Origin: Lytechinus pictus
Taxonomy: Eukaryota
Reading direction: 5' to 3'
NCBI RefSeq assembly: GCF_037042905.1
Contig: NC_087246.1
Coordinates: 69,130,001 to 69,194,000, forward strand
Length of the DNA: 64,000 nucleotides
In this document: piece by piece, positions 62,065 through 64,000 of the stretch
Position numbering within the stretch: position 1 is the first letter of the stretch
How the letters are laid out: the number at the start of each line of letters is the position of its first letter
Program-made: the position numbers and the translations under genes
The notes under the pieces: generated by a model
The model's input: the letters and a program-made list of their open reading frames with translations, nothing else
The model's database searches: none
Told to the model about the DNA's origin: nothing

Positions 62065-64000
62065 ACTGCCTGAAAGACACTCAGACATTCGTTTTTACCA
62101 CTTCATGTCGGTAGCTGATACCCCTCGGGGCCCACTTTTCAGGATGTGCAGTGATGCGAGAGACATTGTGCAACAACTGAAACCACCCATGCGTGAAATT
62201 GATTACAGCGTGTTTAAGGACATTTAGGACAGTTGTACTGAGGTATTTCCAGAAATAAAACACCTTGTATAAAATCTTTATGTACGTTTTAAAAAGTGGT
62301 CCTTAACTTTTTTTGAGTAGTGTATAATTCAGATTCGGTTTTGAAAGTACCGGAGTCCTGAACTGCATTGAGCAGTCGTGCATGACGCTAAAGCACCACT
62401 GCTTATATGAATACATACCACGTCCCAAAGAAGCGGCACAGTCGTGACAGTGAGGAAATACCTGAGCGGCGATGTATTCTGCTTTCACTTCTACGACTAC
62501 TCTATACGCTTACGGCATTGTCTTCCGATCGACCTTCATTAACTGTTAACATCCAAAAACATCAATCTGAAGGACAGCTTCGTTTCCAGGGGAAATCGAT
62601 GAAAATCAAACTTTAAAAGTGTGGAACCAATACTAACCTTCAATGCTCAAGGTTAGAATTTGCCAGGCGTGTTCCATGGTCATGATGGTTTATGGTGAAC
62701 ATGTCAGGGGCATTGCTCGTTTTCTCCCCTTACCATTCTTTTACTCCTGACATACTTGTACATGAAAAAACGATTATTGATTTCGTACTTTTTATGGTGG
62801 AAGGAAATAAGAAAAGGGGGAACGAACCCAGATTTAACTACCGCTTTCTCTCCACTTTTCATGAATTTCTTCCATTAAAAGTCAATGATGATTCATCAAA
62901 ATGATTATCGATTTTGGACTTGACGTACATTGTAATGTAGGTCCTATATGTTGGGGAATGATGCATCAGGGGGAGTGGAGGAAAGGGGTATCATTAAAAA
63001 GGTGAACATATTCCCATTTTAAACAACCATTCATGAAAGAGCGAGAAATAATTATATTCCGCATATTAATTGAATGTTGTCACCACTGGATTAGAAAGCA
63101 AACACTGTAATTTTAATGACGCTTGATGTTGCATGATTTGACATCGTATTATAATATTTCAGGAAAAAAACGCTCTTAAAGTTTTGTGTTTGTATCTTTT
63201 TTTTAAATAAACGTTCAAACCATTTCCTACTCGGAAGAACTTTAAATACAGTTGCGACTTCGCATCTTTCTGTTGTTAAGAACACATTTTTTGGTGCATC
63301 GTTGCACCCTAGAGACCAGAAAGGTGCTTAAGGGGACCTGTAAATGGCGTTCACAAAGTTGCAGTGTGAAAGTGCGAAGTTGACCCCTTTTTCTTGGAGC
63401 GAATATGGAAGAAATTTACAGTGGTCACTATGGGTTCGGCGGTAGGCCTTTTTTAAAACAGGAAAGCAACTACCATGATTTCCCTGTTTCAATAAAATGG
63501 TAATCATCCCAAGGAGCTTCCTGAAGCATGCAAAGGAAACAGTATCTGTAGCCATACACTGTTCATACTACGGGAATGCATGAGATGTCGGTACGCACTT
63601 CAAATATTTTTTATGTTGCAAAACTGTCAAACTGATTTGTATCTTTCGCATTGATGTCAACCCAATCGTGTTTAGGTCGCAATTTATGTCCAATTACCCC
63701 AGGATCACGTCTATTTAACCGATTTTCGCTCTGTAATTAAAGATCAATATCTTACCTACAAGGTCTCCGTACGAGAAAGATGGCGATATAAGGTTCCAAC
63801 CATTATGAAGTGTTACATTGCAGTAATAGGAGATAACTCCGTCTTGAAATAAGGTGTCAGTGAAGGCAGATTGGGGTCGAAGTGGTGTAAAATTTGTCCT
63901 TGAAAATGGAACCCGATTACCTTGCCCATAAGTTTGTTATGTTCTATTTGGAAATTAGGTGTATGATGTTAAACTTAAGGAAGCTTTACATTGTCATTCC

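Larger units (their letters stand above)
59420..62322. mobile_element. Palindromic Tc1/mariner element made of two inverted 3' halves
   Basis: TA|CACTACTCAAAAAAAGTTAAGGACC ... GGTCCTTAACTTTTTTTGAGTAGTG|TA. 59420-~60607 is the near-perfect reverse complement of ~61135-62322. Confidence 0.95.

Overview
AT-rich eukaryotic genomic DNA, not prokaryotic. The repeat families resemble those of sea urchins or other invertebrate deuterostomes (inference from pattern only). There is one 131-N assembly gap (779-909). The only host coding signal I can support is a first exon at 11495-11579 (+) that encodes a signal peptide and ends in a phase-1 GTAAGT donor. I found no convincing exon 2, so the remaining ~52 kb is probably one large intron. 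The window is dominated by DNA transposons whose TSDs can be read directly: three hAT-type MITEs nested inside each other (3086-6242), TTAA/Kolobok-like, PIF/Harbinger-like, MULE-like and CMC-like MITEs, tRNA-derived SINEs, and four large inverted-repeat elements. These four are 289-2409, an Academ-like 4.9-kb element full of YY1-like motifs (16379-21267), an IS3EU-like 3.9-kb near-perfect palindrome (27261-31135), and a palindromic Tc1 element (59420-62322). The Tc1 element has two 3' halves: one intact DD34E transposase and one N-terminally broken copy in inverted orientation, a 'killer-hairpin'-like architecture. At the smallest scale there are 16-37-bp CATRG...CATG micro-elements flanked by 7-bp duplications (candidate P/Galileo-type excision scars), and TACATGTA/TAGGCCTA are strongly over-represented (candidate Tc1-type footprints).
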